64,000 nucleotides of DNA, taken from the NCBI GenBank assembly GCA_038087875.1, contig CM075977.1, positions 310,434,001 to 310,498,000 of the forward strand, read 5' to 3'. The stretch comes from Malacoraja senta. Its lineage: Eukaryota. Within the stretch, counting starts at the first letter, position 1, and every line of letters starts with the position of its first letter. A program made the position numbers and the translations under genes. Below the pieces are notes generated by a model. It had not been told where the DNA came from. It saw nothing but the letters and a program-made list of their open reading frames with translations, and did not search any database. This document shows, in pieces, positions 49,089 to 62,215 of this stretch.

Positions 49089-49680
49089 TGGGCCTGTCCC
49101 ACTTAGGTGACTGCAGGAGACTATGCAGTCGCCACATGGTCGCCACATGTATGCGGGTGGTTGCCGGGGAGTCGCCTTCATGGTCGTGAGGAATTCCCGC
49201 ATTCTGGGAACTAGTCGCGACCTTATTATGGTCGCCATGAATTTTTCAACATGTTGAAAAATTAGTGGCGACTAGAATGAAGACGCCATGGAGAGTAGTG
49301 AGAATTCTCGAGCCGTAGGTGGGTTGCCAGGAGGTCCTAATGGGTTGCCAGGAAGTCAAAGGTTCTCTGAGGTTCTCGTAGGTTGCAGCCATTGCTGACC
49401 GGTGAATTTCATTGGCTCATTGGGAAAAAAAGATAAGCAGTAGTTTTCAGAACCAAGGATAACCGACCGGCAATGTTAAATGTCCACCGAGCTTCACAGC
49501 CGTGTATCTCTGGCTTCTTAAAAGTTGTCTCCATTCCTTCTCCCCCCTCTTCCCCCCCCCCATCTCCCCCCTCTTATAAAGGACTTACCGTACACTGTGC
49601 TTTAGCCGTCTTTTTACAGCGCCAACCTTCCTGTTTCACCTTGGCTTTGCACCGTGTGAATTTTTTAGACAGCGCTCCCC
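49089..49680. mobile_element. PIF/Harbinger MITE related to 36905, cut by the gap
   Basis: TTA|TGGGCCTGTCCCAC; interior colinear with 36905-37520. Confidence 0.8.
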
Positions 49681-49880
49681 NNNNNNNNNNNNNNNNNNNN
49701 NNNNNNNNNNNNNNNNNNNNNNNNNNNNNNNNNNNNNNNNNNNNNNNNNNNNNNNNNNNNNNNNNNNNNNNNNNNNNNNNNNNNNNNNNNNNNNNNNNNN
49801 NNNNNNNNNNNNNNNNNNNNNNNNNNNNNNNNNNNNNNNNNNNNNNNNNNNNNNNNNNNNNNNNNNNNNNNNNNNNNNNN

Positions 49881-51420
49881 CAGTTCCCTCCACTTTTTAT
49901 ATGCTGGTAGGAAACCCCAGACCCCACCTCACCTCCATAGTTATCGGAGTGTTCCTTTCTTCGGTTTCTTCATCCGTCGTTGTGCTGCTGGATGTACTGC
50001 TGGTTGGGGGTGGCGCATTTTCCATGGGGTCCGCTCTGGGCTCTGGCCTAAAAAAGGCTTCGGGGATGGTATGCAGACCCCGAGCTTTCACCAGTCCCAT
50101 GAGTTTGACGTCGACTGGTGGACGCGGTGGGGTACTGCCGTCTGGGTTGTGTGGGTCTGCTCGTTCCGGGGCCTGCCCTCATGAGGCCGAATGCTTTGGA
50201 CTCTTCCTCTAGGTCTTTTACTTGTTTTGACAAGTCCTTACCAAATAGCAGGATCTGTGGCTCTGAGGCCAGTGTTTGCACAGTCCTGCAAATTTGGGAT
50301 TGAGGGCAGGTCTTATTATCTCCTTGCGGAGGTTGTTTATTTCGTATTGGGTGTTACTCAGCAGAGCCAGAGTGCCTTGCTGGTTGGTGGTCATGTCCAC
50401 CCCATCCACGGAACGAGCATAGGATGTTATGGCTGACGTCAGGAGCTTGAGGATATGCTGCAATTTTAGTTCCTGGTTTCGGATACTCTGCCCAACGTAC
50501 CCCCAGATTTGGCTGTTGACGGCCGGTACGTTGAGCGAAATGCAGTTCTCCGGAGGCGAATAGAGTTCTAGTGCCTCATTGACTACCTGTTCTTGTAGGG
50601 GTTTGAAGGACAGGTAGTCAATGCTGGCCGCAAGTTTTGGCTGCAACGGCCACCCTGCTCGTGTTGTAGCCACGTAGCGATTCACCACACCCAGCAGCTC
50701 TTCCTGGTCCTGTACCCTGTGCGTACTCCCGACATCTTTGGCCAGTGACCCCTGTTCCTGACCAGCCCAGCCCTGGTCGCCAACGCTGCCCTCAGCTGAG
50801 GGGGAAGCGATGGGCAGTGCATTGTAAGGCACTGGTGGGAGTGCCTGAACCCCCTTGGCGAGACTGCTCCAGCTCCCGAAGCAAGTGTCTCGCTGGAGCA
50901 TTTTGCTCCATGAGCCTTTCCATGCGGCTCAGGTGGGTACCTCTGCTGCTCTCCAGGCGGAGAGTCTTCCTCGTCGGAGTCATCAGAGATTACCGGCCGG
51001 TTAGTTTTCCATTTTGATTTGCCTCCAGCCCGCTGCTGTTGGTCAGGCTGCGCTAGCGGTACTGGGCTCGGCTCGGTATCAATGATTGTGGACCGCAGCG
51101 TGTGCGGTCCAGGTGCCGCCTCTCGCCCCCCCACTGATGGAACGCTCCTGTTCTGTTGGAGTCGAACGGGGGGCGGTCTTTTTTCCTTGTCGTGCTTTGC
51201 TCATTTTCCAGCTTTTCTCGATCTCGAGTGCACAAAGCAGAGCAAAGTTTTCCAATTACGACCTCAGAGTAAGTACTTACCTGACGGTCCGCCTTTTTAA
51301 GCTTGTAGCGGGAGCACCTGTACTCCCGTTCGTCGCTGTTGCACTGCGTGAACGCTCATGTCGCGCATGCGTGCTGGACGGGTTCTTCACGTAGTCACTC
51401 ACGTGACTCCGAAGTAAAAT
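49881..51420 (-). mobile_element. DIRS (tyrosine-recombinase retrotransposon) 5' part with gag-like ORF1, cut by the gap
   Basis: PPENC..LNVPAVNSQIW..IRNQELKLQ..EINNLRKEIIRPALNPKFAGLC and LLFGKDLSKQVKDL are typical of DIRS1 ORF1. Putative terminus TTTTACTTCGGAGTCACGTGAG. Confidence 0.75.
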
Positions 51421-52417
51421 TGTATGCTGTCAATTCTACATCTGCATCTGAAACCATGTGGATCGTTTTTACTTTTTTTTACCCTTGATTTTGCAGCCCA
51501 AATTTAGAAATATATAAACAATACATATCCTATACAATGACTTTGAAATATGCACCAGATGTAAGTTCTACTGTTACCATCTGCAAAATAATCAAGATAG
51601 GCAGCGGGAGTAAAACATTATTAACTTTATTCTGACATTCTAATAGCTTACAGAATGTCATCTTGTAAATGGATATCTTGCGAGTGTTTTTATGAAAGGA
51701 TTGCCAGTTATTTGATTCCAGAGGTACATAGAACATTAAAACAGGAACAGGCCCTTCAGCCCACAATGTATGTGCCCAACACAATGCCTTGTTCAGCTAA
51801 TGAAAAAAAAGTACTGCTAAGAGTAAAAAGAAATATTGGTGGATCTCAGAAATCTCAGTTGGGAAAAGGACTGTCTGATGTGGCACTGAACCTATGTGTG
51901 CTAAGTCTTAGGTTCAAACCTTGTCTGTGCAGATCTTCCTCAAGAAGATGTAACATATGCAGAGGTCCCCAATGTAAATGCATGGGGAACTGAATAGCTC
52001 TAACATATGTACAGCAAAACTGGCCAGTTCTCATGGAAAGTTGCCAGTTGAGTATTTCCAGCAATTGTAATTGTATCTGCCTCAGCAACTTCAATGTTTA
52101 AAAGACATTTCGAGAGGTACATGGATAAGAATCAAAGGGATAAGGGTCAAATATAAGCAACTGGCATCAACTCAGGAAGATACCTTGATCAGCCTGGTGG
52201 AGTTGGACTGAAGAGTCTGGTTCCATGCTCTATTACTCTATATTTTTTATTTCACATTTCCAAGAGTTGCTATGTTCTGCATCTCTCACGGTTCCAACAT
52301 CCTTTTTCCCCCCAAAAAACGCAAAGTGCTGTAGTAACTGACACCAGCAATGCTGCCTCGCCAACAGTCTGTCTGTCCTTTCCTTCTTTGTGTATAAATA
52401 GTATGTTAAATGTGTGT

Positions 52418-52654
52418 AGTCAAGCATGATTTCCCCTTCTTAAATCCATGCTGACTCAGACCGATCCTGTTACTGCTATCCAAATGTGCTGCTATTTCAT
52501 CTTTTATGATTGACTCCAGCATCTTCCCCACCACCGATGTCAGGCTAACTGGTCTATAATTCCCTGTTTTCTCTCTCCCGCCTTTCTTAAAAAGTGGGAT
52601 AACATTACCTACCCTACAATCCACAGGAACTGATCCGGAATCTATAGAACATTG
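52418..52654 (-). mobile_element. CR1 RT N-terminal fragment, inverted
   Basis: NVIPLFKKGGREKTGNYRPVSLTSVVGK..QHGFKKGKSCLT. Confidence 0.88.
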
Positions 52655-53430
52655 GAAAACAGGAAGGCAGATTACTACCTAAATGGCATCAAGTTGGGAA
52701 AAGGGAAAGTACAATGGGATCTGGGGGTCCTTGTTCATCAGTCTATGAAAGTAAGCATGCAGGTACAGCAGGCAGTGAAGAAAGCGAATGGCATGTTGGC
52801 CTTTATAACAAGAGGAGTCGAGTTTAGGAGCAAAGAGGTCCTGCATTTGTACAGGGCCCTAGTGAGACCACACCTGGAGTATTGTTTGCAGTTTTGGTCC
52901 CCAAATTTGAGGATGGCATTCTTACTATTGAGGGAGTGCAGCATAGGTTTACAAGGTTAATTCCCGGGATGTCATATGCTGAGAGAATGGAGTGGCTGGG
53001 CTTGTACATTCTGGAGTTTAGAAGGATGAGAGGGTATCTTATTGAAATATATAAGATTGTTAAGGGTTTGGACATGTTAGAGGCAGGAAACATGTTCCCC
53101 ACGTTGGGGGAGTCGAGAACCAGGGGCCATAGTTTAAGAATAAGGGGTAAGCCATTTAGAACGGCGATGAGGAAACACTTTTTCAAACAGAGAGTAGTGT
53201 GTCTGTGCAATTCTCTGCCTCAGAGGGCGGTGGAGGCCGGTTCTCTGGATACTTTCAAGAGAGAGCTAGATAGGGCTCTTAAAGATAGCGGAGTCAGGGG
53301 ATATGGGGTGAAGGCAGGAACGGGGTACTGATTGGGGATGATCAGCCATGATCACATTGAATGGCGGTGCTGGCTTGAAGGGCCGAATGGCCTACTCCTG
53401 CAGCTATTGTCTATTGTCTATTGTCTATTG
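52655..53430 (+). mobile_element. CR1 3' part
   Basis: NRKADYYLNG..LVRPHLEYC..GTGY; (CTATTGT)n tail. Confidence 0.9.
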
Positions 53431-53735
53431 GTCAGAGACCGACTTCGGGAAATCCAAACCGCGGGAGTTTCGACCGCTCCGACGCGGGAGCTTCGACCAC
53501 CGGCTGCGGGAGCTTTGATCGCCTCGACAGATGGTTCGACTGCCCCGACCGTGGGAGAAATAAAGAGCAAGATAAAGAGGATTTTTTTGCCTTCCATCAC
53601 AGTGAGGAATGTGGGGAATCCACTGTGGTGGATGCTCATGTTAACTTTTATGTATTTGTTGCTTTTTTTTTGTATGGCTGTATGGTAATTGGTACATGTG
53701 ACAATAAAAAGACCTTTGAAACCTTTGAAACCTTC
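53431..53735 (+). mobile_element. GC-rich non-coding retroposon, (TTTGAAACC)n tail
   Basis: 3' similarity to 44980-45178. Confidence 0.6.
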
Positions 53736-54730
53736 ACTCAATGGGTCAGGCAGCAACTGTAGAGGTTATGGATGGGTGATGTTCCACGTTGGAATCCTTC
53801 TTTAGACTGATTATAGTAGGGGAGTAAAAGCTGGAAAAAAAGTGAGGGCGAGACTGAACCTGGCAAATGATAGTCTGAAGAAAGGTTTTGGCCCGAAACG
53901 TTACCTATTTCCTTCGCTCCATAGATGCTGCTGCACCCCGCTGAGTTTCTCCAGCATTTTTGTGTACCAAATGATAGTTGGATACAGGTGTTGAGGGAGG
54001 GGGAGATGATTAGCGGATGGGTGGAGTATGTGACAAATGCCAGAGATGAAAAGGAAATAAAGGATGTGTCAACACCCCCCCCCCCCACACACACTTCCTC
54101 ACCTATATCAACCACGTCTGAAGAAGGATCTCGACCTGAAAAGTCACCCGTTCCTTCTCTCCAGAGATGCTGCCCATCCCTCTGATTTACTCCAGCATTT
54201 TGTGTCTATCTTCAACCAATCAATTACCATGTTGTCCTGCCACACAGCTCTTTCCCAGCTATCTCCCTCCTGTGACATCTGTCTGAAGAAGGGTCCTGAC
54301 CCAAAACATCGCCTATCCATGCCCTCCACTGATGCTGCCTGACCCACTGACCAATTTGGCTCAGGATCCCAGCAACTGCAACTCCTTATTTCCCTATTTT
54401 TTTATCCCGCTCTCTTCCATCATCGTTTGTTTTTGCTTTATTTGCTCTCCTCCTGAAAGATCCACAATCTGCAAAGATCCAACGTGATTAACAAACTCTT
54501 GTATGGCATCAACATTAACTGAGTCACCTTGACCATCTTGGTCTTCTCCACTGGATCGCAGACGTGCTCTCTATTCCCTCTACCCCTCACATTCTCTACA
54601 GCTTCAAACATACTTATCTTCTTGAGCAATAAACACAAAGTGTTACAGGAGCTCAGTGGGTCAGCCGGTATCTCTGGAGGACTTGGATAGTTGATTTCAA
54701 ACAAAATTAAAGAAGTGTCCTGATCCAAAA
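53736..54730. mobile_element. Cluster of Penelope-derived 3' units in both orientations
   Basis: CTGAAGAA..(G/A)AAA motifs at 53875, 54118 and 54283; reverse copies at ~53740-53810 and 54630-54730. Confidence 0.7.
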
Positions 54731-55024
54731 TGTTTCAGAGGTTGCACAAATATCTGACAACTGGAGGATAAGGTAATGCAATATATAATAGGCTGAGGTG
54801 GGAACTTTGGAATTACAAGCAACATTAAAAACATGTTGTGAAAAATGATCAGATGAGTTTTATCGGAAATAACGAGCGAGAGAAAGCAAATATATTTTTT
54901 TAGTGGAAACCTTCACATGTCAAGAGCACAAATAGCAACGGCTGAGCTATGATTGACCTCATTCAGACTGTATTTCAAGGCACTTTAGTGCTGGGATCTC
55001 TGCTTCATTTGGAACTATGGGCAC

Positions 55025-55678
55025 AGAATTGGAAGATGTTTGGTCTTGGCAAGTGAGAGGTTCTGCACTTCAGCAGGTCAAATGTATATGATAAATGACA
55101 GGACCCTTTGGACCATAAATGTTCACAATGATCTTGGGTTCTCTGAAAATAATGTCACAAGTAGATAAAGGGTGATAAAGAAAGCATATGGCATAGTTGC
55201 TCTTAATTGGTCAGGGCATTGTCTATAAAAGTTGGGAAGTCACAGTATTGCTGTATAAAACTTCCGTTAGGCCACATTTGGTGTATTGTGTGCAATTCTA
55301 TTCATATTACAGGAATGATGTGGGGGCTTTGGAGAGGGTGCAGAGCAAGTTTATGAGAATGCTGCCCGGATTAGAGAGCATTAGCTAAAAGAAGTGCCTG
55401 AACAAACTTGGATTGTTTTCTCTGGAGTGTTGAACCTGGTAGAAGTTTGTAAAAATTATGAGAGGTATAGGTAGGATTGGTATTCAGAGCCTTTTTCTCA
55501 TAGTGGAAATGTCAAATAATAGGACTAGATTTAAAGGAGAGAGGGTAAAAAAAAGTTGAAGAGATCTAAAAGACATAGCAGACATCAAACATCAGATACC
55601 AACATTTAAGAGGTATTTAGAGAGGCACTTGAACAGGAAGGGAACAGAGGGATCCAGACCGTGCAGGCAGATGGGATC
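55025..55678 (+). mobile_element. Old CR1 3' fragment
   Basis: LYKTSVRPHLVYCVQF..ALERVQSKFMRMLPGL. Confidence 0.75.
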
Positions 55679-56035
55679 AAGTCAAGTCAAGTCAAGTATC
55701 CTTTATTGTCATTCAGACTTTTCAGTCTGAATGAAATTTCGTGCCTTGCAGTCATAACATAGAATAAAATAACAAAACACACAATAAATACAGATTTAAC
55801 ATCCACCACAGTGAATCCACCAGGCACCTCCTCACTGTGATGGAAGGCAAAAGTCTTAAGTCCTAGTCTCTTCCCTCCTTGTTCTCTCTCTGCGCTGAGG
55901 CGATCCAGGCCTCCGATGTTGTGACCCCGCCGGGTGATGGTAAGCAAGTCCCGCGGCTGAATCCGAGCTCCGCGAACGGGCCGGTTCAAACTCCGCGGCC
56001 CGGGGCTGTCGAAGCTGCCGAAGCTGCCGCAGTTC
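55678..56035 (-). mobile_element. GC-rich non-coding retroposon, (CTTGA)n tail
   Basis: Minus GCCTTCCATCACAGTGAGGA..CACTGTGGTGGATG..GACAATAAAGG. Confidence 0.6.
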
Positions 56036-57075
56036 AATGGTTGGCATCATGGTTGGCAAAGACATGGAGGGCTGGAAGGGACTGCTCCTGTGCTCTACTA
56101 TTCTATGTTGCATCTTCTACATTCTTAGCCTCTGTGGAATTCTCCAGATGGTCCACTGCACAAGATTGAACGAAGTTCCACAGATACTCCCTTGGCTTTT
56201 CCAAACACACAATAATCCTCTGGAATTACAACCAATCTTCCTCTGAAGTTCAGGCAGGAGTGATCTTGTTGGCATTCAACACTGTAGCAGTGGGGGAGGG
56301 GGTGGGGATATGTACTAATCGATGGGTATCTAGAGGCCATACTAATTTGACAATTGATATTTTTCTAGCTTTCACCTAAATCCTTCCACTGAATCAGAAA
56401 GAAAAGTTAATTTTGCTCCACCCAAATTGAAGTCACTGGATTCTCCAAATCATGACTTTGTCATAAATCAATCAAACCTGTCCAATTATTTTGGAGCTGC
56501 AGGATATTTCCTCAAAGATTCATATTCTTTGTCTTCAAAAGAAATAAATCAAAGTTAATTTCCACTGCAGAACATAGGTGCAAGACATTATTCGCAGAGT
56601 GTTGAGGGGCACAAATAATATAGATGTTAGCTGACTACATTAACAATCTGTGAGGCAGAACCAGAGCACACAAGGACAAAATTAACAAAAGCTCCAGCCA
56701 GACTATAGATCATTTCTTTCTCTCCTGCACGTTCATAAACTTTGGCTTCCAGTCAATACAACTCATATTGTATCAGTTAACACCTTCATGAAAAGAGCTG
56801 GGCCATAAGCCATGTAATTGGAGGCAGATTTCTATGTAATTACCACAGCAATTCTGCATCAAATGATGCAATTTCTCAAGCGATATTCCCTTTGGAATCT
56901 ATTGTTGGGCACTCTGGAACGACCATGTTTTAATATAACTCCTCTGAATTGGGGCCACACCTGGGTAAACTGCTTATTGACTCCCCTGCCCTCGTTGACT
57001 CCCTTAAACCCTATCCTCTGGGACCTTCAAAGTGTTGCGTGCCAAGCTCAGATGATCGTGACTGAACACCTGGGT

Positions 57076-57206
57076 TGTGTAAGAAGGAACTGCCGATGCT
57101 GGTTTAAACATAAATAGACACAAAATGCTGGAGTAACTCAGCGGGACAGGCAACATCTCTGGAAAGAAGGAATGGGTGATGTTTCGGGTCGAGACCCTTC
57201 TTCAGA
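57076..57206 (-). ncRNA. Penelope-derived unit with minimal type I hammerhead ribozyme motif (core 57171-57206)
   Basis: Minus CTGAAGA-A-GGGTC-TC-GACCC-GAAAC-ATC-ACC; imperfect flanking repeat CACCTGG(G/A)TT. Confidence 0.65.
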
Positions 57207-57704
57207 GCACCTGGATTACCAGTTCCTTCAAAGACATTATTCTTAATGGAACTTTACAATGCTGAGAGCTTATCAGTGGTCCACAATCTCCATCAGTAAC
57301 TTACATAGGTAGGTAATGATCTCATATACTATCCTTACCTATGATATGTTCTGATGCACCAGGAACCTTTCCGAGTTCTGTACTTTTTAAGTTCTGTCAC
57401 ATCTTGACACTATTCCATGCATCATGACTTTATTACTGCTGATCTTCAAATCTACCTGGTTGCAGCCCTTGTGCCTTTTCATTTATATCTGCACTGTCTG
57501 TGGCTGTAGCACTAATTTCTGCTCTATTTATTTTTCTTTGGCATGACCTGTTGTACATATGTACGGTATGATCTGCTTGGATACTATACAAAACAAACTT
57601 TTTCACAGTACCTTACTACACAAACCAAAAGAAAACTGCTGCAACAACACACTTTGTTTGTTTTCTTCACTACCTGACAGCACATCCACCTCCAATTGAG
57701 TGTA

Positions 57705-58120
57705 GACACTAAGAACTGCAGATGCTGGTTTATAAAAAAGACATAATGTGCTGGAGTAACTCAGCAGGTCAGGCAGCATCTCTGGTAAACATGGATAGCC
57801 CATTTCCCCCTTACCCCTGCCCCCTTCCACCTATATTTTGCCCTCTGGCTTCACACGTTATGCCTCTTCTATCCATATCTCACACGTTTTGCCTTTCATC
57901 CCTGGACTTTATCCAACCATCTGATAATTTAAGAAAAACCTTCACCTGCATCCACCTATTGCTTGCCAGTCTTTCTTCCATCTCCAAATCTCATCTAACT
58001 TTCTCCATCCCCCCCCCCCCCCTCCACCACCACAATGGGTCTGAAGAAGGGTCTTGGCCTGAAATGCCACCTGTCCGTGTTCTTCAGAGACACTGCCTGA
58101 CCATTGAGTTACTCCAGCAC
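57705..58120. mobile_element. Penelope-derived fragments in inverted arrangement
   Basis: Reverse 3' unit 57705-57790; forward unit to 58120 with ATGGGTCTGAAGAAGGGTCTTGGCCTGAAATGCCACC. Confidence 0.65.
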
Positions 58121-60383
58121 CACCACTGTTTAGGTTTATACAAGAATCCCAAAGAAAAAATACCAGCAAACTAAAAGAGACCCAGCACTGTCACGAGTTA
58201 CTTTTCTTCCATTTTAAGATTTCCCTGTAAGTGAAGAGGCACAAGCGAGCCATGGACATCCTCTTGGTACAGTTCCATTATCAGCATCATTCACCCCCTA
58301 CTAAACTATGCAGGCATTTTATTTGGTTACCAATGATGACACAAAACTATGTGATTGCTGATTCTTAGCCCGCCAGCCTCCTTGTCTTGCTTTAAGCAGA
58401 AATGAATGTATGGATGTTACAATGGTTTCTCAAGGTACATATTCACTGACACGTCACCAGTTATTTTTTCTTCCCTACTTCCAATCCTTAGGTTAAAATC
58501 AGGAAACTATTTACTTTTATCACGTCTATAGTCAATCTGTTACTAATCTCACATCCTCGTTATGAAAAAATATATATAATTTCAATACTATAAACCATAG
58601 GTAAGGTTTCACAGGGAAAAAATGACATCCTGTTGAAACAAAGGCATTTTATTCTGGCATTTCACTGGTATGTTCAACTATGCTGCTTTGTTTAATGTAT
58701 GCTTTCATGGTAGAGAAATGGTATTCATATAAATTAATCAATTTTGTATCCAGTCTGCACTTTGAGCCAACAAGGAGAGGAGTGACACAGTCACTGGTTT
58801 TAATTTGCACTTTTCCTTAGGTTAAAATCAGGACACCATTTACTTTTATCACATCTCTACCCAATCTGTTACTAATCTCGCATCCTCATTATGAAATAAA
58901 TTCGGGTTTATTGCACATTTTTAAAATATCCTCAGATAGTCATCTCCCACCTCTGGAATCTAGGCCCGTGAGCCAGTGGGAGTTCAATTGTTTCTTTCTT
59001 GATTCAACATAACACCATGAGAGTGAAAGAAAAACACGTCAAAATCCTCTAGTCTGGAATGTCAACTCCTTCAGAAATTTGAAATCTACGATGTAAATAG
59101 TGCGAGGTTAGTGGTCTTCCACCAGACTTCCAAGCTGAACCACATATAATATTCTTGACATTATTCTTCCCCAATTGAGATGATTACTCAGAAGCAATCA
59201 GGCAACATAATTGTCACAGAAATGGCTGCACATCATTTATTTGCAGCCGTCAATGTAGATTTGCAAAACATATTGCCGTTTAATATTTCTTTGAGCATGT
59301 TGATAAGTATCCATGTAATGTGTCCCAAAAGTTATTGTTTGATATGGAACTATCAAGTAAGCAAAGCCCTCTGTAATAGCGGATTTTCTCACACAGGCAC
59401 TAAATCACAAACTTTCCCATGTTTTTACAGCTGTAAATAAATGGTTCTGTGCTTTAGGTAACACATGGTCTCCTAATGGTTCATTTCCTTCCAGCAGCAT
59501 TATGGGCAGCCTTTAAGGAATTAGACAGCATCTTAATGTTTACATTACACTGAAGTATTAGTGAGAAACTAAATGTTCTTTGAAAGTTTGATGCAGTATT
59601 TAACTTTAACGCAAGTAAAAGACAGAATAGGCAGAGGTAAAGACTATCGACTGAAGACATTTCCAAAGAAAATTTGAGAGAATTGCATGTTCTAAGAAAA
59701 ATTAAATCACATCCACTGCGTATTTATTCAGGCCAAATTCTCATTGTTTCATACACACACTATAATTGCTTAAGATCAGCATGGCTATTTCTAGTTTGAA
59801 AGAACTATTACCCACCAATAATTGGGAACAGCTTGTTACTCAATCAGATTACTAACTGGAGTAATTCCTAGACTTTCCAAATCTTTGTTGATTATTTGGC
59901 CTCATATGCACCTTAATGTTTAAAATAAAGATTGAAAAATGGGAAAGGGTATGGTGCAAACCAAATGAATTATGGAGAACATTTCTTCATACTTTCAACA
60001 CCTGGTGGCAGTCTTCCCTCAAAAGGTTGCAAGTTCAAATCAAAAAAAGAACCGACTTTATTTAGGTAGCACCTTTCACATCTTTTTCAGAATGTCCCAA
60101 CACACATTACAACCAATAAAATGAAAACACTGCTGTAATACAAGAAACATAGCAGTCAATTAAGGGCACACTGGGTACTTGTACATCGTAACATTAGGTA
60201 TAGGTTTATTATTGTCATGTGTATCGAGATACAGTAAAGAGCCTGGTTTTGCAGGCTATCCAATTAAATTAGATATACCATACAAAAATACAATGCAACC
60301 AAATTCAAGTACAAGTACAATAGGTAGGGCAAAGGGGAAGATACAGGGTGAAGAATACAGTTCTCAGCAAAGTAACAAATAAA

Positions 60384-60727
60384 TCATAAGATCATAAGAT
60401 TATAAGTAATAGGAGTAGAATTAGGCCATTCAAGTCTACTCCGCCATTCAATCATGGCTGATCTATCTCTCCCTCCTAACCCCATTCTCCTGCCTTCTCC
60501 CCATAACCTCTGACACCCCTACTAATCAAGAACCTGTCTATCTCTGCCTTAAATATATCCACTGACTTGGCCTCCACAGCCTTCTGTGGCAAAGAATTCC
60601 ACAGATTCACCACCCTCTGACTAAAGAAATTCCTCCTCATCTTCTTCCCATAAGAACTTCCTTTGATTCTGAGGCTATGACCTCTAGTCCTAGACTCTCC
60701 CACTAGTGGAAACATCCTCTCCACATA
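60384..60727 (-). mobile_element. CR1 3' fragment
   Basis: [28 protein letters not shown]; (CTTATGAT)n tail. Confidence 0.9.
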
Positions 60728-61662
60728 AATCATTTCTTCTTTTCAAAAAATGCTGTTGAAAGACAAATATAGCCAAGGACACCATTGATCACTTTCCTGT
60801 TATATGAAATAATCTTTTATATCAACAACGAGGGTAGACAGATCCTCCATTTAGCATCCTATTTGTGATGTAGATGCATGGGTGAGTGAGGATTAGATAT
60901 AAATAAACCATAATTTTCAACATTTTAAGTCTTACTAGTGGCCATGGTCTAAATAATGCAGGCACCAACAGTGCCAAGTAATGTCAGCTAGGTGGGTTAA
61001 ATTATGCAGTTATAACGGCTCTCCGACAGCAAGCTGGTTGGTGCAAACGTGTCCTGCTAAAAAGGAAATTGGGTTAGCCATACATGTGCTTGGATGATAC
61101 ATCTGCAAGGCTGTTTGCACACTGAGAGTTGTGGGTGTGAAACTTGCCGCAGTGCTTAGTGTGTGCGGATGTAGCAGGTTATATAGAAATCCTGATTATT
61201 GGAGAATGATTTGGCCCATTGCAGATGAGGTCCGCTGTTTCAGAATTCACAACCCTGCAACTTATGTAGAATGCCTGCCAGTTCCTGGTGCATCCAAAAT
61301 ATGCATCTCCTTTAAGAGGTACAGGCCAGCTTTAAGTGGGGTCGGCTAGATCCAAATTGCTGCTCGCAACTCTCAGAAATTGTCCTCTTTGTGAGGAAAT
61401 AAACCAAGGAAGAGTGGAATTGTCATCAGTTGCATGCAGCAATCATATAAATGAGTGGGCAGAGTACATTTAGAGGGCTGAGTAGAATTAGAAGCAACAG
61501 CTACAAATTAAGTACTCTCTGCAATGTCTGCAGTTGTTTCTGGAATGTATCCCGCCTCTGCCATGTATTCAAGTTGCACAGTGTGGAAGGTTTTGTTTTC
61601 TGCTCTAGGAATTTCACAAAGTGCAGTAATCTGAGATAAACAATGAGAGTTTGCACATCTTT

Positions 61663-61954
61663 ACTTAGTTTAGTTTAGTGATACAGCGTGGAAACAGGCC
61701 CTTTGGACCACCGAGTCCGCACCGACCAGCGATCCCCGCACACCTACAGCATCCTACTCACACTAGGGATCATTTACATTTCTACCAAGCCAATTAACCT
61801 ACAAACCTGTATGCCTTTGGAGTGTGGGAGGAAACCCACATACATCCCAGGGAGAATGTGCAAACTCCACACTAACAAGCACCCATAGTCAAGATCGAAC
61901 CCGGGTCTCTGGTGCTGTAAGGCAGTCGTTCTATCAGTATGCCAAGGTGCCGCC
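61663..61954 (-). mobile_element. HE1/V-SINE-like SINE
   Basis: Colinear with the other copies. Confidence 0.85.
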
Positions 61955-62215
61955 TTTCCTGATATTTCAACCTAAATAAAATATATGTTGCATTTTTAAA
62001 TAAACGAATCTAACTTTTCAATATAATGAGAGTGGGCAGAGAGGGAAACAAAAAAACCTGAGAGTTGCATTTGAGGGTTTAAATTCAGAAGTCTCTTTCT
62101 CGAATTGGTTAATCCTGAAGAACAGGAAATACCAGCAGTAAAAGAAAATGATTCCTTCAAAACAGCAGCTTGATTGGTATTAATGCATCCTGAGCGAGAA
62201 ACAGCACTGTACATA

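Noticed and set aside
60190-60365. Probable LINE 3'UTR remnant; similar pieces at ~39600-39740 and 57430-57620
   Set aside because: Too decayed to assign a family or boundaries.
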